Origin: a virus
DNA length: 64,000 bases
Virus record (IMG/VR): IMGVR_UViG_3300021964_000018
Coordinates: 32,001 to 96,000 of that record
Direction: 5' to 3' (one strand)
Made by a program: the position numbers and the translations under genes. How positions within the stretch are numbered: the first letter of the stretch is position 1; every line of letters begins with the position of its first letter. This document shows, piece by piece, positions 30,195 to 39,682 of this stretch. The notes under the pieces are model-generated. The model had not been told where the DNA came from. It did not search any database and saw nothing but the letters and a program-made list of their open reading frames with translations.

Positions 30195-30647
30195 ATGATT
30201 TCTGATTTATTATTAACTTACATTGCTTGTACAAAAGCAACTGAAATGTGGTTTCACGCTGCTCATCATGTCACTAAAGGCAAAGGGTTTGCGGGAGACC
30301 ACAATATTTTATATTCAAAAATATATGAATTACTTGGTGATGATTTAGACTCTTTAGTTGAAAAAGGCATTGGTCTTTATGATGAAGAACAATTAGCCTG
30401 TCCTATTATTATATCTAAACTAGCATCAAAGATGGTATGCAATTTTGACTCACCTGCAAATAGAAGCGATGATGAAATTGCTGGCATATCTTTACATGTC
30501 TTAGGTTTTCACTTAAGCCATTTAGAAGATTTCTACCACAGAATACAAAACAGTCATGATTTTTCTATCGGTTTTGACGATCTCTTGGCATCAATGGCAA
30601 ATCAATATGAGAGATATATATACATGTTAAAGCAAAGAATTAAATAG
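30195..30647 (+). CDS. Dps/ferritin-like four-helix protein
   Basis: HAAHHVTKG.GFAGDH.LY..IYE....D.LVEK resembles Dps H-W..G..F...H...E..Y....D..AE; ends YMLKQR. Confidence 0.65.
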   Translation: MISDLLLTYIACTKATEMWFHAAHHVTKGKGFAGDHNILYSKIYELLGDDLDSLVEKGIGLYDEEQLACPIIISKLASKMVCNFDSPANRSDDEIAGISLHVLGFHLSHLEDFYHRIQNSHDFSIGFDDLLASMANQYERYIYMLKQRIK

Positions 30648-30655
30648 GAGATAGC

Positions 30656-31555
30656 ATGGCAATAGATAAAGTATTTTATAATGAAGCATCAGCAGCCAAA
30701 TTAGGTTGGACACCTGAATGGTTTGGATGTAGTGATTTTGACAATAAACTTGTGAAGGCAATTAGAGACTGGCAGAAAAAATCAGGAATAACTGCAGATG
30801 GTTTATGTGGTCCCGGGACACATAGAAGGATTATGGCTGAAAGATTATCCAAGATAGATGATTATGAACCTGATTTAATTCCTGACAAAGAAGAAAATTT
30901 TATTGTCCATCAAGGTAATTTTATTCCTATTGAATGGCCTAAAGTTGTTTTATGGTCCGAGCCTAACGGGCTTAAAATTGAAAAGGCTTATACTCCATAT
31001 TTTGAAAAACGCAAAATTAACATGTTTGTCAATCACTGGGACGTCTGTTTAGACTCTAAATCATGCGCAAGAGTATTAAACAATAGGGGCGTCTCAGTCC
31101 ATTTTTGCATTGACAATGATGGAACGATATATCAATTGCTCGATACAAATCATGCAGCATGGCATGGCAGTACAAGAAAAGTAAATCATAGATCCATAGG
31201 GGTTGAAATTGCAAACGCCTATTATCCTAAATATCAGCCTTGGTATGAGAAAAAAGGATTTGGAAAGCGACCAATAATATCAGGAGCCAAAGTTCATGGG
31301 AAAACTTTGGAGCCATTTACTTGGTTTTACCCTAAACAAATTCAGGCTTTACAAGCTTTATGGAAGGCCGTACATGATGCAACAGGTATACCATATGAAT
31401 GTCCTACAGACAATTCTGGTAATACATCTTCTAACGTAGATAGAAAAGTTGCAGCAGGTACTTTTAAAGGATTTGTTAGTCATTACCACGTAACAAAAAA
31501 GAAAATTGATTGTGCTGGATTAGACATTAAAAAATTACTTAATGAAATTAAATAA
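30656..31555 (+). CDS. N-acetylmuramoyl-L-alanine amidase with peptidoglycan-binding domain (endolysin candidate)
   Basis: AIRDWQKKSGITADGLCGPGT (PG_binding_1); VNHWD, SVHFCIDNDGTIYQ, AWH, SIGVEI, SHYH...KIDC (Amidase_2). Confidence 0.88.
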   Translation: MAIDKVFYNEASAAKLGWTPEWFGCSDFDNKLVKAIRDWQKKSGITADGLCGPGTHRRIMAERLSKIDDYEPDLIPDKEENFIVHQGNFIPIEWPKVVLWSEPNGLKIEKAYTPYFEKRKINMFVNHWDVCLDSKSCARVLNNRGVSVHFCIDNDGTIYQLLDTNHAAWHGSTRKVNHRSIGVEIANAYYPKYQPWYEKKGFGKRPIISGAKVHGKTLEPFTWFYPKQIQALQALWKAVHDATGIPYECPTDNSGNTSSNVDRKVAAGTFKGFVSHYHVTKKKIDCAGLDIKKLLNEIK

Positions 31556-31699
31556 TTAGCGTAATAATTAATAGATAAGTTTAGTAACTTATCAAGTTAA
31601 AGTTTAAGTCTGTTGAGTCATTAATGTTAGCGTACAGTTCGTCGTGTATTAAAGTATCTTGTGTATTCCTTCAAAAATATTTTAGGCTAGGAGTGCGCA

Positions 31700-34600
31700 A
31701 TGCCTAAAGTTAGTAGAGAAAAATACTTTAAAAACGATAAAATTGTTGTAAAAAACAACAAAACAGGAAAAATAAGAAAACTAATTTTTCCACACGAAGT
31801 TGATTTTGGTCTTTCTGATTATCCTGAGTTTGCTGAAAAAGTTAGGTTTTACAATGGTTTGAGCGGTACCCTACAGCAATTACCCGATGGTACTTCTTAT
31901 TTGATTGCTGGTGGCGGAGTTGAAATTACAACCGGTTCAAATGGGGCAGTAACAATAGCCTTAGATGGTTCTGCTGGTGGCGGTACTATAACTAGTGTGA
32001 CTGCCGGTACTGCGCTCTCCGGAGGTGGATCTTCTGGTGGTGTAACTGTCAACTTAGATTTGAGTGAATTGTCTGCTGTTACCCCTACTTTATTAGATAG
32101 TTTAGCAACCCTCGATTCAGATGGCTCAACTCAACAAAGGACTACAATATCTAATTTGGCAGCAATTCAAGCAGGTTCAGGTATAGGTTCTGATTCTGGG
32201 CAATTGACAGCTGACTTGAATAGTTTGTCAATAGGAACAATTGTAGGCGCTGATTCTATTGCTTTTATTGATGCAGATGACAATGTAACTAAAAAAGATA
32301 CAATAGGAGACTTTTTAACAGCTGTTGCCGGGAACGGCATAAGTGTATCAAGTAATCAATTAGTAACAGATTTAAATGAATTATCAGATACCGCTATTAA
32401 CACTGCAAATGATAGTATAATTTTCATTGACGCAAACGATAATGCGACAAAAAAAGACACAATCGCAGATTTTGTCTCTGGAATAGCTGGTTCTGGTCTT
32501 TCAGCAAGTTCAGGACAATTGTCAGTAACAGGTTTAGATGTTTCTCAAGGTGGTACAAATTCAACTTCTTTTTCAGATAAATCTGTTATTATAACTCAAG
32601 ATAGCGGCACAGATACTTTGATTGCTGAGCCTATGACGACAAACGGATCTCTTTTAATTGGAGGTACATCAGGTCCTGCTGCATCAACTTTAACTGCTGG
32701 AACAAATATTTCTATAACTAATGCTGATGGTTCAATTACAATAACTGCATCTGGCGTTGCCCCAGGAGCTGCAGGAATTGATACACAAGTTCAATTTAAT
32801 GATGGTGGCTCTGCATTAGGGACAGATTCTAATTTTACTTTTAATAAGGCAAATGACGCTTTGTCAGTAACAAATATTTCTGGTTCATTAACACAATTAA
32901 CAGACGGTACTTCGTATCTTATTGCATCTGGGTCAACAACAATTACATCTCAGTCTAATGGTGCTATAAAAATAAGTTCTGTAAATAGTCAGTATAATGC
33001 CGGCGACGGTATAAGATTAGTCGGAGATACATTATTTGAAGCCGATCTTAAAGAAGGCGGAGGGCTAGAATTCAACATAACGCAAATTCAAGTTAATGAT
33101 TCTATTGTAGCTACACTAACAGGATCCGATTTCTCAGGCACGGTAAAGGCTCCTGCATTTTCCGGATCTTTAACTCAACTTGAGGATGGAACTTCTTATC
33201 TTATTGCAGGAGATAATGTAACAATTGTATCCGAATCTAATGGTTCAATTACTATTAATTCAATAATGAATTCAACAGAAATTGTAGCGGGTTCTGACAC
33301 ACAAGTTCAATTTAATGATGGGGGTTCATCTTTCGGTTCAGACGCTAATTTTACTTTTAATAAAACAACTGATACATTATCTGTTACAAATTTATCTAGT
33401 TCATTAACAAGATTGACGGATGGAACTTCTTATCTCGTTGCTGGTAATAATATAACAATTACAACTCAATCAAATGGATCAATCCTTTTTTCTTCGACTG
33501 ATACAAATACAGAGTATACAGCAGGTAATGGTTTAGACTTAATTGGAACAGAATTTTCGCTAGATCTTAAATCTAATGGAGGGCTTTTAATTGATTCGAC
33601 TGAATTATCAATAGATGATTCTGTTGTTGCAACATTAACAGGTTCACAATTTTCTGGTAATATTGGAGCGACCGGTTCAATTGAAGCAACGTCATTTTTT
33701 AGTGGTTCAATGTTTAAAGCACCTGTGCTAACCGGTTCATTGACTCAATTACATGATGGATCCTCTTATTTGATTGCAGGAAATAACATAACAATTACAT
33801 CCCAGTCAAATGGTTCAATTATTATTTCTTCACAAGATGATGATACATTATATACTGCGGGTACAGGCTTGATTTTAGACGCAGGTGAATTTTCAATAAA
33901 TGACTCTATTGTTGCAACATTAACAGGTTCACAATTTTCTGGAACTATTATAGCACCTTCATTTTCCGGATCTTTGACACACCTTGAAGATGGTACTTCT
34001 TATCTTATTGCTGGAACAGATATATCAATAACAACAGGATCAAATGGTGCTGTTACAATTTCATCAACTGGTGCCGGTGGCGGAGGATCAATTGATGTTG
34101 TATCAGGCTCAACATCAGTTTCTACAGTTTCAACACTTGCAGCATCTGACGGTTTCATCTTAAATGATGAAGGCAGTGGTAGGGCAGCATTAACCTCATC
34201 AATTGGTATATCAGAAGATGGCGATTACACAGATGGATTATTTACAGATTTTACACCACAAACACGTTTAGGCATTGCAATTGACCGATTTAATGAAATA
34301 CTTAAACTTCTTGCTCCTTCACCTGCACCTGCATTAGATGACATTGATGTAAATGTTGATGGAACTGATGCTTATCTTTCTTTTGGCGCCTCGAATGATT
34401 TAGGAGGCGAAGCAACTCCATATTATTCTGTTTCTACGACAGCAGGTTTTTCAGCAGTCGACGTTAATGAATTATATGAAACTGACGTAAGCAGCAATAA
34501 TTTAAGAGCAGCAATATTTGCAGGAGCAACAGAAATTGTTGGTGATCTTAATGAAGATGTTTCAGCTGATGGAGATAATTATCCTGCTAATTCTTTTGGT

Positions 34601-37600
34601 AATGCAGATCAAGGTGAACTAAGGTTAGAAATAAACGGATCAGTTATACACACAGTCGATCTTACTTCATTTACAGGCACAGGTGATCCAGGTAGCGGAA
34701 CCGCAGTTACAAATTCAACAGGTTCTTGCTTTACTAATTTTTCAACTGCAGCAGCAGGAACACTAGATAATGGAACAGCGTTTCCTAATTTTCAACACAG
34801 GACAGGTCGATATAAAGTAATTACATCGGATCAACGTCAAGGATGGAATTATCTTCGTGTACTGCACGTTTATGGAACAACAACAATTACAACAAATTAT
34901 GTTGAATGGGTTAACGATGCTGATTCCAATGCACTTGCAGCTGCTGATAATTCTTTAACATTTATAGGATCAGGATCATTACATCTGTCAGGAATTGAAT
35001 ATTTCACCAGTGGATCTGCTGAATATCTTGTTAAAGTTGATAATGCTTATCGAAATATTTATGATACAACTAACATCACTTTTACAACAGCTACCGGAGG
35101 ATCTTTAAATACTAGCCCGTCATTTTCAATTTCTGCTCAATCTAAACCAACAATAGACACAGGAGCAGGTGAAGATCATACAAAAGCTTTGCATATAACG
35201 GGATCCGCATCAATAACAGCAACTCAAATGTTAAGTGGTTCAATTACAGCTGGTGTTAGTGTAACTCATCCTCTTAAGTCAAATTTGTCAAACGCAGGCC
35301 AAGCATCCGACGAAGGTATCCTTATATATAACCGGTCTAATACTTCAACTGCGTTGGTCGAGACATTTAGAAGAGAAAATTATAGAATCATAAGTGGTGC
35401 TTATGATACGCAAGCTAGTCTAACAGACGCAGGAAATGTTTGGGATTCCACAACACATATGACAGCATCAAATGGTGGACATACAAACGGTCTCCAATTT
35501 TTTAATTCAAGATTGTATTCTCCAATCAATACGTTAAACAGTGGTGATTTTAGCACATTTTCAAATGGCCCTTCTGAAAACCCTGATTATTCAGGAGAAA
35601 CCGGGCAAAGAACATTTTATCGATGGTTTAGAAATGAAACCGGTTCTACGCAATATGATTTTACTGTTGCAATCAATGGATCTTCAACAACAATAGTAAA
35701 TGCAGCAACAGCATTAAATTCAGGCAGAATTAGAGTCTTTGTGAAATTTCCAAATAACGGAACACGAGAAACTGGTTGGTTAGATTTGGCAACAGAATTT
35801 GTTTTGGACAGTTATGCAGATAATGATGGCGCTCACACAGCAAATGGAGGGTTATCATTTGATTCTACACTCAATGCAACAAATTATGTCACACTAGGAA
35901 CTGCGGGTATTTTAGATGATGATTATATCGGTTTGAGAATTGAAGCAGATGCAAGTTGGACAGGTTACGTAAGTCAAATTACGGTTAGTTTTGGTGCTGG
36001 AACAGGCACAATAACAGCAATTCCTGACTTAGATGACATTGATTGTAACGACGACGGAACAGATTGCAATCTTTCTTTTGGTACTTCAAAGTCGATAACA
36101 GGATATACGAATTCATCCACAGCTGCAGGGTTTTCTGCAGTTGACTTAAATGGCTTATATCAAACTGCAACAAGTGGTAACAACCTAAGGCAGTCTGTAT
36201 TTCAATTAGATAGAATTGTTGAAGGTGATCTAAATGAAGATGTTTCAGCAGTATCACCTGATTATGTTGCTAATAGTTTCTCAGATGCAAACAGTGGGTC
36301 TTTAGCGCTCGAGGTTAATGGAAATACGGTGCACACTGTTGAAATAACAGGTTCCTATAATCTAGTTGGTTCTGGTGAACCTGGCAGTGGAACCGGGACT
36401 TCATTAAATGGAAACGGATCCGGATTTTTTGACCTGAGCGTATGGCGACCTGCTGAATACGACAATGGTGTTCCTTATTATTTAGAAAATTATAGAACAG
36501 GAAAGTTTAGAGTTCATACAGCTGACCAAAGAAACGGCTGGAATTATGCACGTGTGGTTCATAGTGGTTCTTGGGGCGCTCGAGCAACAAATTATGTTGA
36601 ATGGGTAAATGATAATAATGCTGATGCAATGAGTTCTGCAGGCGTAGAAATTACTTCCTTTGGTGATGATACATTTGCATATTCTTCAGGCGTTAAATTC
36701 TTTACATCGCCATCGGGAAGTATCTTATCAAGAATATCAAATATCTATAAAAATGTCTATTCAGATAGCTCGAGTGCAATTTCATTTATTAATCTTTCTA
36801 ATGCCACTGGCGCCCAAATTATTCAATCCGGATCTGGTTTATCATTAACAAAAACAACCGCAGCCTCAACAGACTCGTTGCAAACGCTAAATACGAACGC
36901 TGACTCTCAAAATGAATTATTGCACGTATCTGGCACAGTTAATTTTACACTTTCAAAATCTCTACCTGGTAGTTTTACAACTGCGTATAATTGTGCAGGC
37001 GGAATGAGATTTTTACATCCGTTTAAAACACAACTTGATTTATCAACACAAACAGCGACAGATCTTTTAGTATGGACTCCGTCAAATACATCATCAACAA
37101 ACTATAATGAATATTTTACAGATGAAACATATCGCCTGGTAAGTAGTTCATATGATTTACAGTCTGATATTACAGGTGGATCTTATGATTGGAATAGTCA
37201 ACGCTCAATAAATAATAATGCCACATACCCGGAACATGCCACTGGGTTGCTGGTTTATGACACATATATTATGTCACCGCTTAAAGGTGGCGCATCTGGA
37301 GATTTTAGAAATAATGACGATGGCGGTTCAATTGAAGGACCGGCTGGAAATCCAAACTATACGACTTTAACAAATGCAACAAGAGAATTTTATAGAGGGT
37401 TTTTAAATCCAACAACAAATGATTTGGCAAGAATTACAATAGTTATTTATGGTAGCGGAACGATCGTTCCTTTAACTACTTCTTTAGGTGCAAATGGAAA
37501 TGTGCACGTTGAATTAAAAATACCAGAAAAGACAGGCTTTTTAGATTTAGGTACAGCATCAGGAGGTTCAGGAAATATTTCAGATGGAGATGGTTGTCTT

Positions 37601-37774
37601 TTTGGAGATCCGGATTTTACAATAGATGCAGATGGCGCAACAAACGTTTGCACATTTAATGGGGTAACTGTAGATGGAACATCATCAGGCGCAGAATATT
37701 TTGTTATAAAGATATCTGCAGACGAAGACTGGACAGGATATATTGATCGTATATCAGTGACGTGGAGCGGCTAA
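31700..37774 (+). CDS. Large repeat-containing virion / tail fibre protein (2024 aa)
   Basis: Six GSLTxLxDGTSYLIAG.xITI..SNG repeats, two DTQVQFNDGG repeats, and a tandem duplication of a ~550-aa C-terminal module (P.LDDID.N.DGTD..LSFG). Confidence 0.75.
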   Translation: MPKVSREKYFKNDKIVVKNNKTGKIRKLIFPHEVDFGLSDYPEFAEKVRFYNGLSGTLQQLPDGTSYLIAGGGVEITTGSNGAVTIALDGSAGGGTITSVTAGTALSGGGSSGGVTVNLDLSELSAVTPTLLDSLATLDSDGSTQQRTTISNLAAIQAGSGIGSDSGQLTADLNSLSIGTIVGADSIAFIDADDNVTKKDTIGDFLTAVAGNGISVSSNQLVTDLNELSDTAINTANDSIIFIDANDNATKKDTIADFVSGIAGSGLSASSGQLSVTGLDVSQGGTNSTSFSDKSVIITQDSGTDTLIAEPMTTNGSLLIGGTSGPAASTLTAGTNISITNADGSITITASGVAPGAAGIDTQVQFNDGGSALGTDSNFTFNKANDALSVTNISGSLTQLTDGTSYLIASGSTTITSQSNGAIKISSVNSQYNAGDGIRLVGDTLFEADLKEGGGLEFNITQIQVNDSIVATLTGSDFSGTVKAPAFSGSLTQLEDGTSYLIAGDNVTIVSESNGSITINSIMNSTEIVAGSDTQVQFNDGGSSFGSDANFTFNKTTDTLSVTNLSSSLTRLTDGTSYLVAGNNITITTQSNGSILFSSTDTNTEYTAGNGLDLIGTEFSLDLKSNGGLLIDSTELSIDDSVVATLTGSQFSGNIGATGSIEATSFFSGSMFKAPVLTGSLTQLHDGSSYLIAGNNITITSQSNGSIIISSQDDDTLYTAGTGLILDAGEFSINDSIVATLTGSQFSGTIIAPSFSGSLTHLEDGTSYLIAGTDISITTGSNGAVTISSTGAGGGGSIDVVSGSTSVSTVSTLAASDGFILNDEGSGRAALTSSIGISEDGDYTDGLFTDFTPQTRLGIAIDRFNEILKLLAPSPAPALDDIDVNVDGTDAYLSFGASNDLGGEATPYYSVSTTAGFSAVDVNELYETDVSSNNLRAAIFAGATEIVGDLNEDVSADGDNYPANSFGNADQGELRLEINGSVIHTVDLTSFTGTGDPGSGTAVTNSTGSCFTNFSTAAAGTLDNGTAFPNFQHRTGRYKVITSDQRQGWNYLRVLHVYGTTTITTNYVEWVNDADSNALAAADNSLTFIGSGSLHLSGIEYFTSGSAEYLVKVDNAYRNIYDTTNITFTTATGGSLNTSPSFSISAQSKPTIDTGAGEDHTKALHITGSASITATQMLSGSITAGVSVTHPLKSNLSNAGQASDEGILIYNRSNTSTALVETFRRENYRIISGAYDTQASLTDAGNVWDSTTHMTASNGGHTNGLQFFNSRLYSPINTLNSGDFSTFSNGPSENPDYSGETGQRTFYRWFRNETGSTQYDFTVAINGSSTTIVNAATALNSGRIRVFVKFPNNGTRETGWLDLATEFVLDSYADNDGAHTANGGLSFDSTLNATNYVTLGTAGILDDDYIGLRIEADASWTGYVSQITVSFGAGTGTITAIPDLDDIDCNDDGTDCNLSFGTSKSITGYTNSSTAAGFSAVDLNGLYQTATSGNNLRQSVFQLDRIVEGDLNEDVSAVSPDYVANSFSDANSGSLALEVNGNTVHTVEITGSYNLVGSGEPGSGTGTSLNGNGSGFFDLSVWRPAEYDNGVPYYLENYRTGKFRVHTADQRNGWNYARVVHSGSWGARATNYVEWVNDNNADAMSSAGVEITSFGDDTFAYSSGVKFFTSPSGSILSRISNIYKNVYSDSSSAISFINLSNATGAQIIQSGSGLSLTKTTAASTDSLQTLNTNADSQNELLHVSGTVNFTLSKSLPGSFTTAYNCAGGMRFLHPFKTQLDLSTQTATDLLVWTPSNTSSTNYNEYFTDETYRLVSSSYDLQSDITGGSYDWNSQRSINNNATYPEHATGLLVYDTYIMSPLKGGASGDFRNNDDGGSIEGPAGNPNYTTLTNATREFYRGFLNPTTNDLARITIVIYGSGTIVPLTTSLGANGNVHVELKIPEKTGFLDLGTASGGSGNISDGDGCLFGDPDFTIDADGATNVCTFNGVTVDGTSSGAEYFVIKISADEDWTGYIDRISVTWSG
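33624..33942 (+). repeat. 34-nt exact direct repeat within fibre gene (33624-33657 and 33909-33942)
   Basis: ttgttgcaacattaacaggttcacaattttctgg occurs twice. Confidence 0.85.
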
Positions 37775-39309
37775 TGGCAGGAAAAACGAACACGTCAGCA
37801 ACATATTTTGCACAGAAAAAATTATTAGGAAAAGCACACACTTCTAATCTAAAAACAGATGGTGAAGAACTTATTGGTTCAAATATTCAATCTGCTACTT
37901 CACTTATTTTTGGTGAAGCAATTCCCGAAGATCCTGAAAGAACACTTTATCTTTTGCAAAGTGCATCAAATGGTGGACCGGCAACTGCTGAATATATCCA
38001 GTTTAATCTTAACGTTCTAACCGGTACAACTTATGACGCCAACAATACATCTCCTGACGGTGGCGCAGGATCTGACACAGGTGAAGACAGTCAAGTATCT
38101 GGTCCGCACGCCTATAAATTTAGAATCCCGTCAGATTACTCAAGCAATACATCAAATACTCGTGTAGGAAATGGATATTTTAATAATAGCAAATTAATAC
38201 ACGAAACGTTAGGTACGGTCCAATTAATCCCACCTTTCTTTTCACAAGCAGCTCCTAATCCCTATATCGTTAAAATCTATAAAGATGACGGTGGGGGAGG
38301 TGTAGGTGATGAAATTCCTCTTCTTGACAATATTGACTGGAATGTTGATTATTACAATGGAATTCTTTTTCTTCAAGATTACAAAGCAGATAAAATACCT
38401 GCTTTTGCAAGGGCTTTTGCCTATGTCGGTAAAATGGCAGAAGAAGTTATCTCTTCTGGGTCTGGAGGCTCCGGAGGCGGAGGAGGATCTGGAGATTCGG
38501 GCGCCGAATATGTTTTAACAACAGCAACAGGTTCTTTACCAAATGCCAAAGTCATAGAAGCAGGAACAGGAATTACAATCGTAACCGGTTCAAATTCAAT
38601 TACAATTTCATCAACTGCGGCATCAATCAACGGCAGAGAAAAAACAACTTATTTTGTAACAGCATCGCACTCTGCTAATTCTGATTTAGTTATTTCCGGA
38701 CTAGACTTTTCAACCGTACAATATGATTCGAATAAAATTGATATTAACCTAAACGGTCAATTACTACATACTGGATCTTCTTCTCAAGTAACAGCAGGTG
38801 AAAGAGACTATTACTTGTCTAATGCAGGAAGTATTGTCTTTGGATTCGATTTGGAAGCAGATGATATTGTTGATACGATTATTAGTGTTGTAGGCGGTGG
38901 TAGTGGAGGAGGTGCTGGTGAAACAGCAGCATCATATCTTGTCCTGTCAAATACAGGATCGTTGTCAAATGAACGAGCAATATCAATCGGTGCAGGATTA
39001 ACTGCAACAGATGGTGGCGCAAATGGCAATTATTCTATTGTTAACAATAACGGTAATTATGTTTTTAACGAGTATCTAGGGCAAGGAAATGGAACAAACA
39101 CTTTATTTACACTCGATAATACGCCAACAGCAAACAAAAACATTTCAATATACGTTAACGGACTTTTACAAATGCCTGCAACGGATATCACGTCAGCACC
39201 TTTTCAAGACTATTCAGTTACCGGATCAAATGTATATTTTACAACAGCATCCTTGCCTGATGCTGACACAATTATTATGGCAAATTATACAACAAACGAC
39301 GCAATTTAA
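37774..39309 (+). CDS. Virion structural protein (fibre-associated)
   Basis: TAATG overlap with the previous stop; Gly linkers; DWNVDYYNGIL; NGQLL..DY and GNGTNTLFTL...VYVNGLLQ..DY modules. Confidence 0.65.
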   Translation: MAGKTNTSATYFAQKKLLGKAHTSNLKTDGEELIGSNIQSATSLIFGEAIPEDPERTLYLLQSASNGGPATAEYIQFNLNVLTGTTYDANNTSPDGGAGSDTGEDSQVSGPHAYKFRIPSDYSSNTSNTRVGNGYFNNSKLIHETLGTVQLIPPFFSQAAPNPYIVKIYKDDGGGGVGDEIPLLDNIDWNVDYYNGILFLQDYKADKIPAFARAFAYVGKMAEEVISSGSGGSGGGGGSGDSGAEYVLTTATGSLPNAKVIEAGTGITIVTGSNSITISSTAASINGREKTTYFVTASHSANSDLVISGLDFSTVQYDSNKIDINLNGQLLHTGSSSQVTAGERDYYLSNAGSIVFGFDLEADDIVDTIISVVGGGSGGGAGETAASYLVLSNTGSLSNERAISIGAGLTATDGGANGNYSIVNNNGNYVFNEYLGQGNGTNTLFTLDNTPTANKNISIYVNGLLQMPATDITSAPFQDYSVTGSNVYFTTASLPDADTIIMANYTTNDAI

Positions 39310-39326
39310 GGACAAGTGAGATAATT

Positions 39327-39554
39327 ATGAATATGAACACATTTCAAACATCAGATATTGGCATAGCCGCGTATGTTATGATGAAAGGCCTTAAATTAAA
39401 ACAAGCGTCTCGAGGTCATAATGGAAGGTTTAGTTTTGAATTTTATGACCCGGACATTAAAGGCACACAGTATGCTGTTGATTATGTAAACTCAGAATCT
39501 GCAAAGTTTGATGCAAACATGAAGAACTTAAAAAATATTTTATATAAATCTTAA
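39327..39554 (+). CDS. Small conserved phage protein (DUF5659-like)
   Basis: FQTSDIGIAAYVMMKG.KL......FSFEF pattern. Confidence 0.55.
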   Translation: MNMNTFQTSDIGIAAYVMMKGLKLKQASRGHNGRFSFEFYDPDIKGTQYAVDYVNSESAKFDANMKNLKNILYKS

Positions 39555-39682
39555 CATTGAGATAATTAGGATCATATATTAAAGTTATGTTTAAGATATA
39601 GAGTTTTTGTCCTGTTGTTGATCGTTTTTCATTTAGTTTAAGTATAGTTTTGTAAAACATAATTTAACAAAGGAGGAGTCAA

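Noticed and set aside
31556-31699. tRNA or structured ncRNA in the longer intergenic gaps (also 39555-39682)
   Set aside because: No cloverleaf or T-loop signature, only a short hairpin (gataagtt/aacttatc). Probably 5' leaders; an Infernal search would be needed.
31700-37774. Diversity-generating retroelement or CRISPR-like repeats
   Set aside because: The repeats are in-frame coding modules. I saw no reverse transcriptase, adenine-specific TR/VR pair or spacer array.
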